From Felis catus (lineage: Eukaryota): 64,000 bases of DNA. The translations under genes and the position numbers were made by a program. Below are positions 14,010 through 26,849 of the stretch, in pieces (the first letter of the stretch is position 1; the number at the start of each line of letters is the position of its first letter). The DNA lies in the NCBI RefSeq assembly GCF_018350175.1, contig NC_058368.1, positions 126,110,001 through 126,174,000 on the forward strand. The letters are read 5' to 3'. The notes under the pieces were generated by a model, which had not been told where the DNA came from, did no database searches, and saw only the letters and a list, made by a program, of their open reading frames with translations.

Positions 14010-14155
14010 ACAGGTCTATGCCAATTTCATCTATAAGGAAATTGATTGAAAAGCTTGAGCAGTTCATTCAGGGTCCTTTTACTACTGAGTTGCTAGACCA
14101 GGCAGGATTCAAACTCAGGTTTGCCTGCCTCCAGAATCCTACAGGTTAAGCATCA
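14010..14155 (-). mobile_element. MIR fragment
   Basis: GGCAGGATTCAAACTCAGGTTTGCCTGCCTCCAGA. Confidence 0.6.
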
Positions 14156-14261
14156 CACTGGAGTGTCTTGTACTTAAAAATCTATTAGAGCACTGACGCT
14201 CAAAGTAGGCAGTCCATAAACAGTAACTGATCCCTAAGGAGACAAAAAAAACTTATCCCAG

Positions 14262-14464
14262 GGGGCACCTGGGTGGCTCAGTCAGTTGAACATCTGACGT
14301 CGGCTCAGGTCATAATCTCGTGGATCATGAATTCAAGCCCCACGTGGGGCTGGCTGCTGTCAGCCTGTCATCGCAGAACTCGCTTCCAATCCTCTGTTCC
14401 CTTATCTCTGTCCCTCCCCCACTTGCGCTCTCTGGAAAATAAATAAGCATTAAAAAAATAAATC
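14262..14464 (+). mobile_element. CanSINE
   Basis: GGGGCACCTGGGTGGCTCAGTCAGTTG head, A-rich tail, diverged TSD CTT(A/G)TCCCAG. Confidence 0.95.
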
Positions 14465-14861
14465 AACCTTGTCCCAGAATGGAAATTAGTACACATCTTC
14501 CTTCTTTGGGAAAGTTACACTATTTTTTAAAAAGTGCCGGCTTCCTGATGTAGTTGGCTTACATTCCCATTAAGTTTCTGCTTATCTTGTTGCAGCCCAG
14601 TAAAGGAGTCCTATATGAAGGGCACTGATTGACAGACCACATTTGACTATCAATGCATGATAATTGTGGGCCCACCAAATTCATTAGGTGAGAAATATCC
14701 CAAAGAAGCTGTAAGGAAACATTTCTGAAGCCCATAAATGTCTCATAGTTAACAAATACTCCACCAAGGAAAAAAGAAGTTTTCATAGATATATTTCAAA
14801 ATTTTAAATGAGATACATAAATCTTCTTTTTAAAAATTTACCATTGGAAGTTGTATTCCAC

Positions 14862-15071
14862 AGGCGCCTGGGTGGTTCTGTCAGTTAAGTGGCTGGCTTT
14901 ACCTCAGGTCATGATCTTGCAGTTAGTGAGTTAGAGTCCTGCACTGGGCTCGTGCTGATAGCTCAGAACCTGGAGACTGCTTCAGATTCTGTTATCTCCC
15001 TCTCTCTCTGACCCTCCCTGACCCCTGCTTTGTCTCTCTTGGTCTCAAAAATAAATAAACATTAAAAAAAA
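14862..15071 (+). mobile_element. CanSINE (felid type)
   Basis: GGCGCCTGGGTGG head; TSD GAAGTTG(T/C)ATTCCA at 14847-14860 and 15072-15085. Confidence 0.95.
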
Positions 15072-16654
15072 GAAGTTGCATTCCAAAATGTATTTAGGAT
15101 GTCTGAGGTATGCACAGTTGTGTAATTATATTCAGATTTTAAGTACTATACTTGAAAGAGTTACAGTAATGACATTGTTCAATGATTTGGGCATGTGATA
15201 TGTTTAGTTCATGTTAACATTTTTGATACTACCTTTAAAATTATGAATAAAGTGCTTCCCAGAAATTCCATAGAAATATACACAAATCAAATGAAAATAA
15301 CAGAAAGGTGGTAGAGAATCAAATGAACAATTAGTTAATTTTTTCAAAACTACCATCTTTACTCTGGTTTCCCTGAGATTGTTACAAAGGTTTTAAAAAG
15401 CATGATTGCCAAATATAATACAGTTCTGAGGTCAACAATGTTTATGTCAAAGCCTTTAACTAGTAAAAGGACATTTACCATTCCTGTTTCAGGAAAGCTT
15501 TCTTTCCAATATCTCTAATGTTTACTTTTTTTTTTTTTTTTGCTTTTTCTTTCCTTTCTTCTTTCCTTCTTTCTTCCAGTGTCTCTCTCATTTTCTCTCT
15601 CCTCTTATTAAGAAAACTTGTCTATTCAAAACAAAGTTCATTGCCTCTGTAAATTCTAAGAAGGCAAGGAAACCATTAAGTTCATCTTTATTGTTTAGCA
15701 AGGAGCAATTTCAAACTCAGTACAGTTCTGTGTATTTGTTGCACAGTATATTGAGACTTCCTACATAATCTCAGAAACTGCCATGTATATACTAATGTCC
15801 ATTAGTCTTAGAACACACAAGTTTGCAAATTTGAATGATGCAAAAGTTTAGAGTTGTGTTTTTGCCTATTATCTGTTGGATGTTTGATCAGGAATGCAAC
15901 ATGAATCTATCAAACTATTTATACAGGGTTTAAGCTTTTAATCCAAAAAATGTTTACAGAGCACCAGTTATGCGCAAGTAATTAGAAAAAGTCTTGGCCC
16001 TTTCTCTGAGAGGTGCTGGTAAACAACGCCATTTTTTCCTTTTAGGCTATAATTCTGTTCAGAACTGAAAGAGCAAAGGTTCTCAATGCCCCCCCCCCCG
16101 CCCTTTTTTTTTTCCCTTCCTGAGAATCAATAGGCAATTACCCTGACCTGGGAGGCAAAATAAATTCACTCTAATATGTGAGTTTACCATTGAGAGGACA
16201 ACATATACTTTTACATGCCCATTTAAACACATGCTCCTCCAGTCATTTCTGAACTCCTGGGAGAAGAGTTTCTTTATATGTCATGAAAAAGTATTACCCC
16301 TAACTGACAGAGTAAAGGCTTTTAAATATTCAAATAATTCTTTCAAAAGATGATCACTTATTTCCAGTCTTTTTTTTTTTTTTTTTTTTTGCAAGGATGA
16401 TATTGAGGTTTACTAAAATTTTTGTTGTTGTTGGTCTCTGGTACCTGGAATAATCTTCCTATCACGTCTTTGGTGATATAACTTCAGTCATAATCTTTTA
16501 CTACTACAGATAATGATGCACTTTGGCTAAGCGGCTTAATAACAACCATACTTTACATTTCTGTGGCCTTTGCCTGTTCCAGTGTAGGATTATTATTCTC
16601 CTTATACCTTGGAGAAAACTGAAGCTCACAGGGCTGACCAGCTGTGAAGCACAG

Positions 16655-16850
16655 ACTTACACTTGTCTGTCTGGGTTTAAATCCTGGCTCGTCAAATATG
16701 TGACTGGGGGCAAGTTACTTCACTTATTAGGCTTCATTGTCTCCATCAGGAAAGTGGGGGTAATGACAGCACCTGCCTTACTGGTTGTTGTGACAACTTG
16801 AATCAGTTAATATATGTTAGATACTTAGTGCCTGGCACGTAGTAATACTA
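16655..16850 (+). mobile_element. MIR
   Basis: CTGGGTTTAAATCCTGGCTC...GTGACTGGGGGCAAGTTACTT...AGTGCCTGGCACGTAGTAA. Confidence 0.85.
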
Positions 16851-17069
16851 CATCTAGGTCAGCAGTTGGACCTAGATTTTTAGGTTGCACCTGGTACCAG
16901 TTCCTTTCATCACGGTTGTGCTTCACTTATGTCTCATCTCACCCCTTCCTATGGTGGTGCTAGAAGAATGGGATACTAGACCAGAGGGAAAAGAAGCATG
17001 TTCTTATGATGTAACTTCTACAGCTTCTTAAATTGAAAACCATCTAGGTGATAACAATGTCAGTGGCAA

Positions 17070-17200
17070 CAATTTATTTAGTAAGGCATCCAACGGGCCA
17101 GGCTCAGTACCACCTGCTTTACATGCACCTTTCTACTCAATCCTCATAGCAGATATATTTATCCTCATTTTACAAATGGGGAAATGGAGACAGCAAGAGA
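17070..17200 (-). mobile_element. MIR fragment
   Basis: ATCCTCATTTTACAAATGGGGAAATGGAG core. Confidence 0.65.
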
Positions 17201-17782
17201 TTGTGCCTCTAATCAGAGGACAGTGATAGGTATCAAAAGGAAGTTTCACATCTGACTTAATAATGGTATCCTTGGAATGAAACAGGAATGTGCTTAATCA
17301 CATCAAGTGATCTGATACTCAGAGCTCATGTTCATCCATTACCTATGATTTATGTTCTGGAGCTCATGTACTTATTCAGAAGTAGTGGCAGGTAGCATGG
17401 GGGTGATGGAGGGATCAGGATTACAGGATGTAGGTAATGACAGTAGCAAGCAGGTTGTGGGATGACATGACAGCACAGGAGGAAGGAGGAGAAATTTTAA
17501 AAGCATACCTAATAACTTAAAAACATTCCACTCTCTGACATTTCAGAGAAGGAAAGGTAGCCCTACACACCTCAATAGTCCCTTAAAGCTTCAATGTCTG
17601 CTTTTACTGAAGTCATGAATGTTCATAACAGTGGCAGGATTTCATCCAGAAAATGTGAGATTCTGCTTTGTGTCTTCTTTCTATTATACTTTTTGGAAAG
17701 TGTTTACCCCCAAATGGTAAATAACCATTTTGGTGTTAAAGGGGTAAGCTACAATTATTTGGAATGTTTCCATACTTAAAAA

Positions 17783-17913
17783 TTTTTTGTTTTTGTTTTT
17801 AAGTAGGCTTCATGCCCAGCACAGAGCCCAGTATGGGCCTTGGCCTTGAACTCACAACCGTGTGATCAAGACCTGAACTAAGAGCAAGAGTCAGATGCCT
17901 AACCAAGGTGCCC
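17783..17913 (-). mobile_element. Short CanSINE variant lacking the CT tract
   Basis: T-tail joins directly to AAGTAGGCTTCATGCCCAGCACAGAGCCC...GAGTCAGATGCCTAACC. Confidence 0.85.
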
Positions 17914-18459
17914 AAGAACCCCAACCACACTCTATTTGAAATCTACCCTTTGGAGCAGTAAGGATGACTGAATTCAGAAGTCTGGTGAGCCTGAGGGTTC
18001 AGCATGACTAATAATTTGGATCAAACAACAGCATTTTAGAAGTATCTTGAACATTTTTTTTTTGTCTCAATGACATCAATGGATCAATAGATCAGCTCCT
18101 GTTCAGTGTTCTTCTTTGAAAAATCATCAATGTCTTCTCAGCTCATCATTATTAAGTACATTTGCAATTTGTTTGTGAAATATAACCCTGTGTTATAGGC
18201 TTTTCCCTTCTTTGCCCAATTGAGTTATTTCAATGTGATTATAGCCACTGATCCCTTCCAGGCTGGGTAATCAAGTTCTTTACCATCACGGGCAAGTTGT
18301 GTTTTGTTGTGTTAGTAAGTGACTGAAGGCTGTTCACAGGGCAGGGTGGAATCAGGGTTAGCTCAGTTTTCCTACTCCTTAAATGTCAGTGCTTGCCATC
18401 TTCATTAAGTATCATGAGAAAATATCTTAATACACACCAACAATCAACAGAACCACTGG

Positions 18460-18620
18460 ATTCTATTCCTGAAGTTGATAGAGTTTGGACAAGTCACAAT
18501 CTCTGCATTATGACTTCATCCCTTTTAAAGTAGAATTCTATCATTGCAGTTCCCCTCCTGTCACTAGGGATGCAGTAAAGATAAATGAGGTGATCTATGC
18601 TGAATATGTGGAAGTCCTTG
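18460..18620 (+). mobile_element. MIR fragment
   Basis: TTGGACAAGTCACAATCTCTG...AAGATAAATGAGGTGAT. Confidence 0.5.
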
Positions 18621-19994
18621 AAAGAGGCTGTATCAACTGGTGGTGATTATTTCCTTGTTGTTGTCATTGTCTCCCATGCCCTTCTCCATTAGCGGTCAAT
18701 ATTGTGCTCTAATGGACTGGTGTGGGAGTGAAGCTCTGACAGTCAGTGAGGTTTACACAAGGAGTCAAAAAGCAACAGGATTAGATGGACCAATTCAGTC
18801 CATAGAAATCAGAAGGGGTGGGGGGGGCGTCTTTCTGAGAGACGACATCAACCAATTATGAGCAGGTGTCACAGTATAATTTTAAAGCCATATTTAACAT
18901 TTTCTTCTCCTTATCTCCCTCCACCAGGCATCTTCCGTTCCCTTTCACCTTTAATGTCAGGGCACAGTCATGATGAGCTAGGGGTAAATTCAGTAGCAGG
19001 GAGGACTTTGAGGTCACACCTATATTTTAAGGGCATAATATTTTAGTCAGCGCTAGCCCACCACTGGGTGGAGTCAGCATCTTCCCATGAGGATGAGATG
19101 CAAAGAGGCATACATGTGGTTCTCTCCCCCACAATCAACCCTACACATTCCAAAATTATATTTTACAGTCACTCTTAGACATAAAGCCATATTTCCAGAA
19201 AGTCTATGAATATATAAACTCATTAAATTAAAGGACATAAGTGGATAGTTGATGTAGTTCCTAGCACATGGTTGATTAACATGAACCCCTTCCCTTACTC
19301 TCCTTCATTAGCAATCAGTATCATGTCTGATGGACTGATGTATTAGGACCTGGTAAAAAGAACATAGTGTGGGTGTGGATGAAAAGTAGGGAGAGTCAGG
19401 CAATGCAGAAGGTAATGAAGAAGTCTCCCAGAGGAGGCATTAAATATGAAACTCTGGGGCTTTAGGGAGTTTTCATGAGAACTTCGGGGGAACTAGAGCT
19501 TAGGGACCTGAGCACTACAATGTGGGCAATCTTCAGGTGTTATGATCATGCTGTACTTCTAGAGAAGGATCATTGCTTTTCAGTGATCTAGTCTTTCAGT
19601 GTCTTTGAGGTCAGTGGAAGATAAAAAGAGAATTGATGAGCTGAAATGACAAGGTTTTGATACAGTGAATTGGGTAGGGTAGACTTGTTCTTAAGGGACC
19701 TTGGAGAACATTGTCTCAATTTTTTTCTAGGGAGAGCAGAAGTGGGAGACTTCACCATTAAATCATAGGGACAGACTCTTATTCCACAATAAAATTTGCA
19801 AACAATTTCTCATAAATCTCTGCCAAAGGGTAGCACTTAGCATTTCTCTTTAGACACTGGAAATCTATCAGTGACTTAGGCACCTCTTACTCTGGAACTC
19901 ATGTTTTCTTCCCCTGCATTTTTTCATAGCACAATATGCATGAATGTGACCTCTGGGACAGATTCAGTCATCACAGAGTCAGCATCTACTTTGG

Positions 19995-20175
19995 GTTCAT
20001 CATCTGTTTCTTGTGCCACTTATGGTATCTTGTTATCTCCCACACCAACCCTTTGAAGTATGGATTATTACTATCCATTCATGGATGAAGAAATTGAAGG
20101 TCAAAGGATATAAATGACAAACTTAGCACACTACAGGAATATGTGGTGGAGACCGTCTATAGGAACCAAGATCTT
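19995..20175 (-). mobile_element. MIR fragment
   Basis: TTATTACTATCCATTCATGGATGAAGAAATTGAAGG. Confidence 0.55.
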
Positions 20176-20512
20176 TCACAAGTTTATTTTCTACACAGGA
20201 GCCGCTTTCTATCAAATGTTCTGTAAGGAAGGTCACTGGGATTAAGAGTGAGAGAAGGCTCCTGAAGCTAAAAGGATGATCCTCTACTATGATCCTCTAC
20301 TACTCTCTGTTTTATAGTCTTGTTTTTTTAATAGAATTGGAAAGAAAAGTAAAGCTTCTCTCTTTCTTAGGTAAAAATGACCAGAAATGTGCAAGGGAAG
20401 AAATGGTTACAGCTTAGCTAGGTTGACGCAATAAAATGGCTATAATACTTTTAAAATAAAATATTTATACCCCATCAATAAAAATGTATATCTTTCTCTC
20501 TTTTTCTAAAAA

Positions 20513-20530
20513 AAATGTTGATTTATTTAT

Positions 20531-20579
<49 letters not shown>

Positions 20580-20745
20580 ACATGGGGGAGAGGCAGAGAG
20601 AAAACGAGAGAGAGAGAGAATCCCAAGCAGGCTCCATACTCTCAGCACAGAGCCCGACACAGGGCTCAAATTCACACATCATGAGATCATGACCTGAGCT
20701 GAAATCGAGTCAGATACTTAACTGACTAAGCCACCCAGATGCCCC
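20513..20745 (-). mobile_element. CanSINE with long (GA)n
   Basis: (GA)n at about 20533-20577, GAGATCATGACCTGAGCTGAAATC, ends GCCACCCAGATGCCCC. Confidence 0.95.
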
Positions 20746-20862
20746 ATTTTCCCTCTATTTTTAAGACAATAATTTAGAATGGATGGTAACTTCAACTGGA
20801 GTAAAATTATTTTTGCTACTTTTGGTTTTTTTAATTCATCTCCATAGAATATTAACAGTTTT

Positions 20863-21079
20863 GGGGCACCTGGGTGGCTCAGTCGGTTGAGCAGCTGACT
20901 TCGGCTCAGGTCATGATCTCGCGGTCCGTGAGTTCGAGCCCCGCGTCGGGCTCTGTGCTGACAGCTCAGAGCCTGGAGCTTGTTTCAGATTCTGTGTCTC
21001 CCTCTCTCTGACCCTCCCCCGTTCATGCTCTGTCTCTCTCTGTCTCAAAAATAAATAAACGTTAAAAAAAATTTAAAAA
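20863..21079 (+). mobile_element. Young felid CanSINE (SINEC_Fc-like)
   Basis: Near-consensus with many intact CpGs (GTTCGAGCCCCGCGTCGGGCTC); perfect TSD AACAGTTTT. Confidence 0.97.
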
Positions 21080-22707
21080 AACAGTTTTAAATTACAGAGG
21101 TCATGAACTCCAGTGTATCCATTTTTCAGCAAGGAAGCTGAGTGCAGATATGCCATATGAGTTACCCAGGAGAGGAGTTATGAATGTCTAATAGCTAAGC
21201 TGAAAATCCGGGTCTGTTCCTTCCCAGACTTCTCATCTCCTCTCTGCCAATCTACTTCATCACTTCCTTCAGATTTGAATACACTTCTGTTTAAGGAGGT
21301 CTTTCCTAACTAATTCTTATCCATGACCACTATCTTATCCAACATTGCTTCAACATTTAGGCATTACAGATATACTATAAATTCTAAAACCAGATGTCAA
21401 ACAGATCTATTTCATTAGGTAGCTCCGCTTTTTAGAAGCTTAAGTGTTGTTCCTCCCAACTAAACATCAAGTCTTTCAAGTCTACAAGTACTTTGTAATA
21501 ATAGCTCCATTTTATTTGGCGAAAGGGCATGCTAACAGAATTCTATATAGTGAATGGGAAAATGAAAATTTACCATTAGAAAATTTTTCCAGGTTTAAGA
21601 TGTGAATACTAAAGCATTTCCCCTACAATTTAGTGTGACTGATAATGGCTGTTGATAGTAGGATTTTTGTTATGTTTCACTCTGTTATCAGTCCATCACA
21701 TGTTAAGCTTATTTCTGCAGGCATTTCTTTTGTAATAAATAAGAGTTTGCATCTTAACTCGAACATTGTTTCCTAGTAAATTAAAAGAATGCAAGGCATT
21801 AATCCTATGGAAAAGTGATGCAGCTATAGCCTCGGTGTAGTATAAAAGTCAATCAAAATGAGACAAACAGTTAATGAGACAACTTACTAAGAATAAACAG
21901 TTACTCTATTTATTTGTTGCAGTGGAGATTGGCAAGATGGGTTAACTAAAGCCCTATTGAAGTGTAGTAGGTCTGAACAGAGCTGAGGATGTTGAAGGAT
22001 GTTTAAAGGGGTTACACAGGAAATGTCCTAGTGCACCCTCATGCATTCTGTGTGCCAAGGAACAGGCTCTGCATGCAACTAGTGAGTCAGAACACAGCAG
22101 GCAAAGAAAACATCATACGTACATTGTGACATTCAAGAAAAGATAAAAATGTCATTCTCAAGCAAGTAGAGAAGGATGCAGCATTTTGCAGAATATGTTG
22201 AAGGTAAGCGTAGTCTCCATAAAGACTATTTACAAGAAGGATTTTGGGTGTGTGCTGAACTAAAAACTAAAAGCTATCTGCAAATAGTAATGGGGCCTTA
22301 AAATGAGCCAGATGCATTCCATCATAGAACCGCATAGGACAAGGAACCTCTGTGGCTCACACAGAAGGAGCTTAACAGAATTGGGTAAGACACCAGATTC
22401 AATTAGGGAGAATTACCGGATCTTTACTGAAAGTTTATCTTGTTATCTCCAATGTTTAAAAATATAAATGTGTAAGTTAATGCACTGAAAATGATTCCCT
22501 GCCAGAGATCCACAGCTTAGCACCAACAAGATGGGGATTTAAATACACGATAATGTCTGCGCTCCTACCTCCTCTGTTGCAGGGGGTTTTAGAATAATGA
22601 TGTTCATGCTGTCTATAGGATACAGAAATCTTGATATTTTTATTAAGCCAATAACCAGCCTCTATAGTCATAAATCCTATAGTTTTACCCTAAAAGGAGA
22701 GGGCATA

Positions 22708-23045
22708 TGTTATAGACTTAATGTGTTTGTCCCCTCAAAATTCATATTTAGAAGTGGGGCCTTTGGGAGGAAATTAGGTCATGAGTATGTAGCCATCATA
22801 AATGGAATTCATACTCTTTTAAAAGAGACCTTAGGGAGCTTCCTTGCCCATTCTATCTTGTAATGACGCTGCAAGAAGACAGCTTTCTATGAACCAAGTA
22901 GTGAGCTCTCACCAGATAGCGAATATCACCTTGGTCTTGGACTTCCCAGCTTCTAGAACTATAAGACATAAATTTATCTTGTTTATAAACCCTCCAGGCT
23001 GTGGTGTTCTGTTATGATACCATAATGCCCAAATGGACTAGGACA
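22708..23045 (+). mobile_element. MaLR solo LTR (MLT1A-like)
   Basis: TG...CA termini: TGTTATAGACTTAATGTGTTTGTCCCCTCAAAATTCATA ... GGACTTCCCAGCTTCTAGAACT ... AATGGACTAGGACA. Confidence 0.85.
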
Positions 23046-23087
23046 TTATATCTAGAATTTGGGGACACCTGGAGTCCTACCAAAATC

Positions 23088-23290
23088 TGTCAGTTTCTTA
23101 GGGTTCCCTTAACAAAGTACCACAAACAGAGTGACTTAACAGCTGAAATTTATTCTCTCACATTCTTTAGGCTAGATGTCCAAAATCAAGGGTTGGCAGG
23201 GCCATGCTCTCTCTGAAGGCCTTAGGGAAGGATTCTTCTTTGTCTCTTATAGCTTCGGATGGTTGCACGCAATCCTTGTCATGTTGCCTT
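23088..23290 (-). mobile_element. MaLR LTR 3' part (MLT1B/C-like)
   Basis: AACAAAGTACCACAAAC...AAATTTATTCTCTCAC...GTCCAAAATCAAGG. Confidence 0.85.
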
Positions 23291-24044
23291 CTAGTAATCT
23301 TGACTGAACTGACTAACTATACTAGATTGGTTCCTCCCAGTTCTGCAGTGAGGCCACCATGCATTTTTTTCATCCACAACTTTGGTTTACCTTGCCCTGG
23401 GTTTTGTCTTGCATCTGATAAATTTTGAGAATAAATCTATAAGACGTTAAGGCAGAGCACACCAGGGTCAGAATAAATTCCTTCCAGCAGTAATTTACCC
23501 ACCAGCTGGTTAACAGGGAAACCTGCCCAACTAAACAATTTCTGTTGTCTGACACAAAGGATTTCTGTCTCCTCCCGGTCTCTCTCTTCTCTGTTTTCTG
23601 ATACAGTGTTTGTGAAACTGGAAATAGTGCAGTTGTCCCTCCCTTTCAAGTTAGACACTGAAAAATCTTTGAGAGTGTATCTTTTTTTTCTCAGAGAGAC
23701 CAACAGTTTGCCATTAGGCTTTCCTGGCTGATGAAAAGTGGATGCTTCAGAAGTGACATCCATGAGGTCTGCTCAGCTTCCAGCCTGAGATTCTAGGGCT
23801 GCTGAGGAAGCAGTCCTTCAAGGAGACTGAGTCTGGATGTGCATCTCAGGCAGCTCCATTGTGAGTCTGCAGTCTCAAATTCCTTTTAATTGACCAAAAT
23901 ATCCCTAGGAAACTTCACTTACCATCCTTCCCAGCCTTTATCTCCTGCTTCCTCCTACGTCCACCTAGAAGACATTGTTCTTCCATGACTGAGGGCATTA
24001 GTCTTGTGCCTCCTGTCAGCAGTATGCCTTGTGCTTTACACGAA

Positions 24045-24195
24045 GGAAGTATTGTCTCCGCTTCACATGAAGAAACAGAGGATCAGAGGAGTTAGTGATG
24101 TGTCTGACATCACACAGGAACAAGTAGCTAAACTGGGTTTTTTAATTCAATATGGCTGATTCTCAAATCCCTCAACTTCTACTTCACCATTACGT
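24045..24195 (-). mobile_element. MIR fragment
   Basis: CACATGAAGAAACAGAGGATCAGAGGAGTTAGTGA. Confidence 0.55.
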
Positions 24196-24233
24196 GTCAT
24201 GATGACCTTCTTCCTTAAAATTTTTTGAAGGCA

Positions 24234-24455
24234 GGGGGAACTTGGGTGGCTCAGTCGCTTGGGTCTCTGACTTCGGCTCAGGTCATGATCTCGTGGTTCA
24301 TGAGTTCGAGCCCCGCATCTGGGGGACTCTGTTCTGACACCTAAGAGCCTGGAGCCTGCTGCGGATTCTGTATCTCCCTCCTTCTCTGTCCCCTCCCCTA
24401 CTCTCACTCTGTCGTTCTCTGTCTCTCAAAAATGAATAAACGTTAAAACATTTTT
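24234..24455 (+). mobile_element. CanSINE (felid type)
   Basis: GAGCCTGGAGCCTGCT motif; diverged TSD TTAAAATTTTTT..GA(A/G)GG. Confidence 0.95.
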
Positions 24456-24479
24456 AAAATTTTTTTTGAGGGTAAGTAT

Positions 24480-25200
24480 TTAGTTCAAAGTTCATAAGTA
24501 ATACATGCTCAAACACACAAGTTGAAAAAACTAAAGTCCCAAATCTCCCTGGCACTTCCCTTCCACTCATCCTCTCCTTAGTTCACCAACACAGGGGTAC
24601 ATAGAGCTTCTCACTATTAACAATTCAGGGTTTATCCTTCCCTATTTTTCTCTATGTATTTCAATATGTATACAAATATATATATATATTTTCTTATATG
24701 TGAGTGTTGCTTTTTTCCTCCCTAAAAAATGGATAATGTTAGGCATAGTATCTTCAACTTGATCTTTTAATTTAATCTACCTAGATATCTCTCCAGATAT
24801 ATGCTTGCAGAAGTAGTTTGTTCTTTTCATGGTAACATGATTTTCCACAGAATGAATAAAATAGAAAATTTTCAATCATTCATTCATTGATAAGAAACTG
24901 CATTTTCCCTATGCTTTCTTGATTTGTTTGGTTGCTTTGGGTCATTATAAAGCATGCTAAAATAAATGTGTTTGTGTTATGAATCCTAGTCCTTTTATTT
25001 CTGCAGATAGACTCCCCACAGCAAAAGTATGGTAGTGTTTTTACTTAATAGAAACTTAGAGTTAGCCTTCCAAAAGTTTGGTAGCACCTCATTTCCGCAT
25101 CAACAGTGTATCAGGGTACCCATTTCCCTATACCATTATAAAAACTGGATATTATCAATTTTTATTTTTGGCAAAGCTGGGGGTGAAAATGGCCTCCATT
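24480..25200 (-). mobile_element. Old L1M (L1ME-like) 3' fragment
   Basis: TTCCAAAAG...CATCAACAGTGTATCAGGGTACCCATTTCCCTATACC, typical reverse L1M text. Confidence 0.6.
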
Positions 25201-25281
25201 TATTTTTGCAAAGCTATTTTAAGTTAAAGCACAAGAGTGACCTCCACAACAAATCCTTGTTTTGCATTAAAAAAAAAAAAA

Positions 25282-25340
25282 TGTGTGTGTGTGTGTGTGT
25301 GTGTGTGCATGTGTCTGTGTGCACATGTGTGTGTGTGTGC
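25282..25340. repeat. Imperfect (TG)n microsatellite
   Basis: TG runs with CA/CT interruptions following poly-A. Confidence 0.9.
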
Positions 25341-25621
25341 ATAAGTGCCCTTTCAAAAAGATACATTTCTGGAAGGTAAAGGAGACAAATGGCTACTTAA
25401 ATTCAAGGAAAGCAACATAGGTGATGGCTGAACAGCCAGGGGTTGACATTGGATCCTTGTCTCTGCAATCAGAAGCATAATACCTCACTCTTAGCTACTA
25501 AAAGGAGAGTAGGAAGATCCATGAGTTCATATCTTCAGCACATTTGCACATCCTTGGGAAGAATTCTTTGGATATGCAAGGATGTTTTATCTTTGTTCCA
25601 CAGATTACAGAATACAATTTC

Positions 25622-25844
25622 TTTTTTTTAAGTTTTTTTTTTAACATTTATTTATTTTTAAGACAGAGAGAGACAGAGCATGAATAGGGGAGGGTCAGAG
25701 TGAGAGGGAGACACAGAATCCGAAGCAGGCTCCAGGCTCTGAGCTATCAGCACAGAGCCTGACGCGGGCTCAAACTCACAGACAGTGAGATCATGACCTG
25801 AGCCGAAGTCAGACGCTTACCCGACTGAGCCACCTAGGTGCCCC
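25622..25844 (-). mobile_element. CanSINE (felid type)
   Basis: GCAGGCTCCAGGCTCTGAGCT; TSD CAGAAT(A/G)CAATTTC at 25608-25621 and 25845-25858. Confidence 0.96.
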
Positions 25845-26849
25845 CAGAATGCAATTTCAAAGTAGACACTACCTCTTTTTTAGGGAACTCCACAAATTTC
25901 ATGTTGTACATAAAAACAATAGCATTAAAAATCTATTGCACTTATTATGGAAGAGGCATATCATAACTAGATGCTTGTCAGTTTTATTCTCATTGCAAGG
26001 GGCTGCTGACGTCTTCAAGCTTACTTATTTCTGATTCTCATTGTCTAACTTTAATTCTGATGTTCTTTAGGAGACACTGCAGTCTAGGCACTGAGAGGAA
26101 AAAGAGGAAGAGAGATAGCTAAAAGGTCAAAGATATTTAGAAAGTGGGTTTCTATGGGTATGTGGAGCTGTACAGTTTGGTGTAAAAATTCCCCTCGGGT
26201 AAGGCTTGTCCAGCAGGGTATTTCTAGTTGTACTGAATAATGTGTATATTGTGAACAATACTTTTTTTGCAAGCAAGATGCAATGTTGCTAGTTTCAGGT
26301 AAAAGTTGCTGGAATTGGTCTCTACATAAAAAATAAACTTTTGATTCACAGAGAGCAATTATAAAAGATGTCACTTCAAACATTCAGCCTGGAGTGGGAG
26401 CCTGGAGAGGGTTGGCCTGAGAGCAAATTAGCTGAACTGACTTCTGCAATGCCTTCCAGCTGGTTAAGTGAAAATGACTCTCAGTGAAGATGTTTGGTTT
26501 TTTAGAGACCTACTTAAGCCCTGCTTACCATTTACCATTTAATGAGTATTCTAGGAAAACAACCCAAGTCATACCACACATGCAATGTGATTGTGGGTTA
26601 TACCTCTCAGACTCTGTTTTCCAATATGTCTCATCGTGCTTATGAATATTATGCTATAGCAAAGGAAATGTATATTTACATCTGTGAGTATAGTTTGCAG
26701 CTGGACAATTATCTCATCAAACTGCATCTGGTTGATGGTTGTAAGAGAAAGGAATGGTCTCTACAAGGATGAAAGTGCGGTGGTTTATGGAATGCCACAG
26801 CCAGGATCAACAAAAAGAGGATGGGTTTTAAAGGCAGAAAACTTTGAAT

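Noticed and set aside
21923..22203. Possible exon (TTGTTGCAG acceptor, AAG|GTAAGC donor)
   Set aside because: No long open frame or recognisable peptide and no partner exons; such sites are common by chance
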